Shown one piece after another: positions 59,932 to 64,000 of a stretch of DNA of 64,000 bases (position 1 is the first letter of the stretch; every line of letters starts with the position of its first letter). The DNA is from Candidatus Bathyarchaeia archaeon. Its GTDB lineage: Archaea > Thermoproteota > Bathyarchaeia > Bathyarchaeales > Bathycorpusculaceae. The stretch lies in NCBI GenBank assembly GCA_038883795.1, contig JAVZLK010000002.1:32001-96000 (forward strand), written 5' to 3'. Under the pieces are notes generated by a model, which saw only the letters and a program-made list of their open reading frames with translations, was not told the origin of the DNA and did no database searches. The translations under genes were made by a program, and so were the position numbers.

Positions 59932-59953
59932 GATGCTTTCCCAAGTATAGTGG

Positions 59954-60919
59954 TTATTCGAGAACTTCTATTGAATCAACCTTTCCGTCGCCGTCCAGGT
60001 CGAATCCTTGAATTACCGTTGCAAAAGACTCCTTACCATCATAATTCTTTAAGGTTTTTTTCCAAAAGTTTGTTAAGGCTAAGACGCAGGCTTTTGTTCC
60101 CACAGCTTTGTTTCCAGCCAAAACTATAACCCACTTACTATTATCCCATGGGTTCACAATTTTCGCTATCAAACCAACAGCATCTGCAGTGTAGACGTTT
60201 GAGGTTTTTCTTGAAACCAAACCGCCGAAGAGGAAGCCTTGTTCTGAGGGTTGCATGTTAAACCTTATTGGCAAATAATCATTCAACTCCTGCGTCAAGA
60301 GGTTTGTTCCCGGTCCACCCACGAGGATTAGGTTGTTTTTCTCTTCCTTTTCTGCTTTAACGTCAACGTCGAGTTTTATGGCGAAATTCTCTGGCATTTT
60401 TGCAAATTGCCCCAAAAAGAATGTTAAATGAGAGGCGTAGTGTCCATCTCTTGCGCTGGTTTTGAAAGGTCCGTGAGGCGTTGGGCTTCCAACAACTATT
60501 TTTCCTTCAAATGTGCCGTCTTCTTTTATGAATCCTTTGAAGAATTTTTGGATTTTCTCATCCATTATTGGAAGCGAAGGTCTCTCTAAAGTTTTATATC
60601 CTTGGGGAAGTTCTATTCCAAAGGCTGGTGAAACAGCCTTGTAATATTTTGCTATGGCGCCTTTCTTTTCTTCTTCTTTGGCTATGGTTATAGCTCCGGC
60701 CCTCGCCAACTTCCTTATGTGATAATAAACTTTCTGTTCGTGAATGCCAATTTTTTTAGCTATTTCCAGCGGATACATTTCCCTTTCAGAAAGCATCATC
60801 AAAATTTTCCAGCTAAGCCTATTCAAAATCATTTTTAGCTTTTGAGGGTCTTCAAATATGGCTATTTTTTTTACTTTCTGCTTTTTTCCCTCTTCATGGA
60901 GTAATAGTTTTTTGTCCAT
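59954..60919 (-). CDS. ArsR-type HTH regulator with a large C-terminal domain
   Basis: MYPLEIAK..HEQKVYYHIRKL; NLILVGGP; DLDGDG. Confidence 0.75.
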   Translation of the reverse strand: MDKKLLLHEEGKKQKVKKIAIFEDPQKLKMILNRLSWKILMMLSEREMYPLEIAKKIGIHEQKVYYHIRKLARAGAITIAKEEEKKGAIAKYYKAVSPAFGIELPQGYKTLERPSLPIMDEKIQKFFKGFIKEDGTFEGKIVVGSPTPHGPFKTSARDGHYASHLTFFLGQFAKMPENFAIKLDVDVKAEKEEKNNLILVGGPGTNLLTQELNDYLPIRFNMQPSEQGFLFGGLVSRKTSNVYTADAVGLIAKIVNPWDNSKWVIVLAGNKAVGTKACVLALTNFWKKTLKNYDGKESFATVIQGFDLDGDGKVDSIEVLE

Positions 60920-61201
60920 GGCTTTTCATAAGCATAAAGGCGAATCCATTATTAAAATTTTTATTATGGTAACTGGACAAAGCTCCAAAGCAAGAGGAAT
61001 GCGAAAACCATTGTGTATTATAAAGAATTTTTTAAAACTTTAACAAAAAATAAAGTAATTTACGCCTAAATTGGGCATTAAAAGGCGGAATTATTCTTAA
61101 AAAATTTTTAGAACTGGAAAATTATTCCTAAAAAAGCTTATTACTTCCAGAAAACCTTGAATAAGGCTTGCAAAGTTCAAAATCGGCGATGAGGCTTTAA
61201 A

Positions 61202-63031
61202 ATGTGTGGAATTTTCGGATGCATACTCAAAGATGGAAAAGCGGCGCCAATAATTCATGCTGCATTAAAAAGGCTTGAATACCGCGGTTATGACTCTGTT
61301 GGAGAAGCAACAATATACGATGGCAAGCTCTACATAAAAAAGGACCAGGGAAAAATTGAGGAAGTTAATAAAATCCACAACTTGGACGATTTGCCTGGCA
61401 ACATTGGCATTGGACATACGAGGTGGGCTACCCATGGTGCGCCCTTGCAAGTTAATGCACATCCCCATGTAGATTGTGGTGGGCAAATAGCCATAGTCCA
61501 CAACGGAATCATAGAAAATTTTGCTGAATTGAAACTTGAGTTGGAGAACCGCGGTCACGTTTTCAAATCAAAGACCGACACTGAAGTGGCAGCACATCTC
61601 ATTGAAGAAATTTTAAAGAAAAATCCATCTTTAAGCCTCGCCGACGCCGTTCTAGAAGCTGTTAAAAAGCTTGATGGTTCTTATGCTATTGCTGTGATTT
61701 CGCCGAGAGACCCGACCAAAATAATATGTGCAAGAAATGAAAGCCCTCTGGTTATTGGAATAAATGAAAACGCAATTTACTGCGCTTCTGACATTCCCGC
61801 ATTTTTGCCACTAACCAACAAGGCAGTAATAATTGATGATGGAGAACTTGTTACGCTTTCCCTAGAAGGTTTCGAAATTAAAAAAATTGCTGATTCCAGC
61901 CTCGTCTTGCGGGAGCCGAAACTTATTGATTGGACACCTGAGATGGCTGTGAAACAGGGATATCCACATTTTATGCTCAAGGAAATTCATGAGCAACCAG
62001 CAACTTTGCGGAACACCCTGAGATTGCAGGAGCATTACCTTGACTTAATGGCAACCTTTCTTGACCGCGCCCGCGAAGTCTACTTAGTGGCTTGTGGAAC
62101 ATCCTATCACGCATGTTTGGCTGCATCTTACATGTTTTCTAAGCTTGCCTTTTTGGCAACCTACCCAGTAATAGCATCAGAATTCATTGAACAGCATGGT
62201 AAATCCGTAAACATAGACAGTACAATTTTGGCGGTAAGCCAGTCCGGCGAAACAGCAGATACTTTGGCTGCTGTTAACTGTGCAAGACAAAGGGCGGCAA
62301 CAATCCTTGGATTAACCAACGTCATCGGTTCAACATTAACAAGGGTTTCAAGGGTTTACATTGGTCAACAGTCTGGTCCAGAAATTGGAGTGGCGGCAAC
62401 AAAAACCTTTACGTCTCAACTTTCGGTTTTGGCTCAACTAGCCCTCAGGCTAGCTAAGAAAAGAGGCAAAGTTTCGCAGGATGAGATGGATTATTTGGCT
62501 GAGAAAATGGAGAAACTGCCAGACACTGTTGAAACAATAATCCAAACAAGAGAGGAAAAGGTGAAACAAATTGCAAGAAAATACAAGGATGCCAAGACGT
62601 TCTTTTTCTTGGGACGTGGAATAAGCACAGCCACCGCCTATGAGGGTAGACTAAAACTTATGGAAATCGCCTACGTTCCAGCCATAGCTTTTCCAGCTGG
62701 CGAAAGCAAACACGGACCAATAAGCCTCATAGAACCAGGCTTTCCGGTTGTCTTTATTTGCCCCAAAGATGAAACCCACAAAACAATAATTGGAAACATC
62801 ATGGAGATGAAAGCCAGAGGGGCCTCAATAATAGCGGTTATGGAGGAAGGCGATGAAGAAATAAAAAGTTTGGCAGACGATTGGGTTGAAATACCTAAGG
62901 GGATTCCAGAAGTCTTATCGCCAATCCCGTATATTATTCCGTTGCAGCTTTTAGCCTATTACATGGCTGTGGAAAGGGGATACAACCCAGACATGCCTAG
63001 AAACTTGGCAAAATCCGTTACAGTAAAATAA
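61202..63031 (+). CDS. glmS: Glutamine--fructose-6-phosphate transaminase
   Basis: [39 protein letters not shown]. Confidence 0.97.
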   Translation: MCGIFGCILKDGKAAPIIHAALKRLEYRGYDSVGEATIYDGKLYIKKDQGKIEEVNKIHNLDDLPGNIGIGHTRWATHGAPLQVNAHPHVDCGGQIAIVHNGIIENFAELKLELENRGHVFKSKTDTEVAAHLIEEILKKNPSLSLADAVLEAVKKLDGSYAIAVISPRDPTKIICARNESPLVIGINENAIYCASDIPAFLPLTNKAVIIDDGELVTLSLEGFEIKKIADSSLVLREPKLIDWTPEMAVKQGYPHFMLKEIHEQPATLRNTLRLQEHYLDLMATFLDRAREVYLVACGTSYHACLAASYMFSKLAFLATYPVIASEFIEQHGKSVNIDSTILAVSQSGETADTLAAVNCARQRAATILGLTNVIGSTLTRVSRVYIGQQSGPEIGVAATKTFTSQLSVLAQLALRLAKKRGKVSQDEMDYLAEKMEKLPDTVETIIQTREEKVKQIARKYKDAKTFFFLGRGISTATAYEGRLKLMEIAYVPAIAFPAGESKHGPISLIEPGFPVVFICPKDETHKTIIGNIMEMKARGASIIAVMEEGDEEIKSLADDWVEIPKGIPEVLSPIPYIIPLQLLAYYMAVERGYNPDMPRNLAKSVTVK

Positions 63032-63075
63032 CGTTAAAAGCCTCTTTCACAATATTTCATTTTGGTGCTACAAAA

Positions 63076-63781
63076 TTGGAGAAAAGGGAATGGGAAAAAC
63101 TCATTGAAAACCTAATAAAGGAAGGCATCCTCCGCTCGCCAAAAGTCATCAAAGCCATGCGTTCTGTGCCTCGCTCAAAGTTTCTTCCAGAGAACATGCA
63201 ATCTTATAGTGCTGTGGACACGCCGCTTCCAATTGGTTTTGGGCAAACAATTTCGGCGCCACATAGCTCCGCAGCTGCGGGCTAGGCGAAACATGGTTTC
63301 AATAATGAATGAAGCCCTCCAATTGGAAGTCGGCCACAAAGTGTTGGAAATTGGGGCTGGTTCGGGGTGGCATGCCGCCACAATAGCTGAGATAGTTGCC
63401 TCCAGCGATGCGCCAAGAAGCGAATGGGGTCACGTTTACACTGTTGAAATAATTCAGGGATTAGCAGAATTTGCGAGAAAAAATATTATCAATAATGGTT
63501 ATGGTGACCGCGTTACCATAATATGCGCAGACGGTTCATTGGGTTATCCAGAGAGGGCTCCATACGACAGAATCCTTGTAACCGCCGCCGCGCCAGAAGT
63601 TCCAAAACCATTAATAGAACAGCTAAAACCAAATGGAATAATGCTAATCCCTATTGGAAGCGTATCGCTGTTCCAAAGCCTTATAAAAATCACAAAAGGC
63701 GCTGATGGAAAACTTAAAGAAGAAAACCTTGGCGGAGTAGCCTTTGTTCCGTTAACTGGACGTTATGGCCACAAATTTTAG
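63076..63781 (+). CDS. pcm: Protein-L-isoaspartate O-methyltransferase, join(63076..63262,63291..63781), 225 aa after splicing
   Basis: VPR..F...[14 protein letters not shown]|MVSIM.EAL...VLEIGAGSG...APYDRI.VTAA...FVPL split over two frames. Confidence 0.92.
63263..63290 (+). other. 28-nt bulge-helix-bulge mRNA intron in pcm
   Basis: CGCC/GGCG 4-bp helix, ACA and AAA 3-nt bulges, intron hairpin TAGC-T-CCGC-AGCT-GCGG-GCTA; excision restores frame and motif. Confidence 0.85.
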
Positions 63782-63783
63782 GC

Positions 63784-64000
63784 TTATCCTATGGAAAGTT
63801 TTTCTTTATAGGCTTGTAAATCTAAAAATCCATGTCCGCTTATGTTCATGCATATGACCTTTTCTTCACCAGCTTTTTCAGCCTTTAATGCTTCATCTAT
63901 TCCCGCACGTATAGCGTAGCTTGACTCTGGTGCTGCAAGCCAACCTTCAGCTTGTAGGAAAATTCTTGCTGCTTCAAAAATTGCTTTTTCGTCTGCTGGG
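63784..64000 (-). CDS. 3' end of a second TrpB2-like PLP enzyme (partial)
   Basis: Manual translation ...IFEAARIFLQAEGWLAAPESSYAI..GIDEALKA...EEKVICMNISGHGFLDLQAY. Confidence 0.85.
   Translation of the reverse strand, partial: PADEKAIFEAARIFLQAEGWLAAPESSYAIRAGIDEALKAEKAGEEKVICMNISGHGFLDLQAYKEKLSIG

Noticed and set aside
63076-63781. pcm as a pseudogene, programmed frameshift or amber readthrough
   Set aside because: No slippery run; readthrough of the TAG would stay out of frame; BHB geometry gives exact restoration of the motif.
1-64000. tRNA, rRNA, CRISPR arrays, transposases or integrases
   Set aside because: None recognised by eye; intergenic regions are short and AT-rich. A covariance-model search was not run.

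Overview
Gene-dense, AT-rich archaeal chromosomal segment. Ribosomal proteins eS17/eS25/eS26, an archaeal histone, Rpo6, thermosome, tetraether synthase, HdrABC and an arcadin-1-like gene point to the TACK lineage, most likely Bathyarchaeia (inferred from gene content). It is mostly housekeeping and metabolic genes, plus a small two-gene surface-protein insert. I saw no rRNA, tRNA, CRISPR or transposase. The best finding is a 28-nt bulge-helix-bulge (tRNA-type) intron in the pcm protein-repair methyltransferase gene (63263-63290); removing it at canonical endonuclease cut sites exactly restores the conserved GQTISAPHM motif. Second is a trpY / trpB2 / SerK-like kinase locus with phased TRP-box-like operators, a plausible O-phosphoserine-dependent tryptophan module. 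Also seen: two probable ACG start codons, a ~46-bp dispersed intergenic repeat, an uncalled RHH regulator with a palindromic operator, and a stand-alone C34/TFE-beta-like Cys microprotein. Family calls come from motif recognition only; no searches were run.
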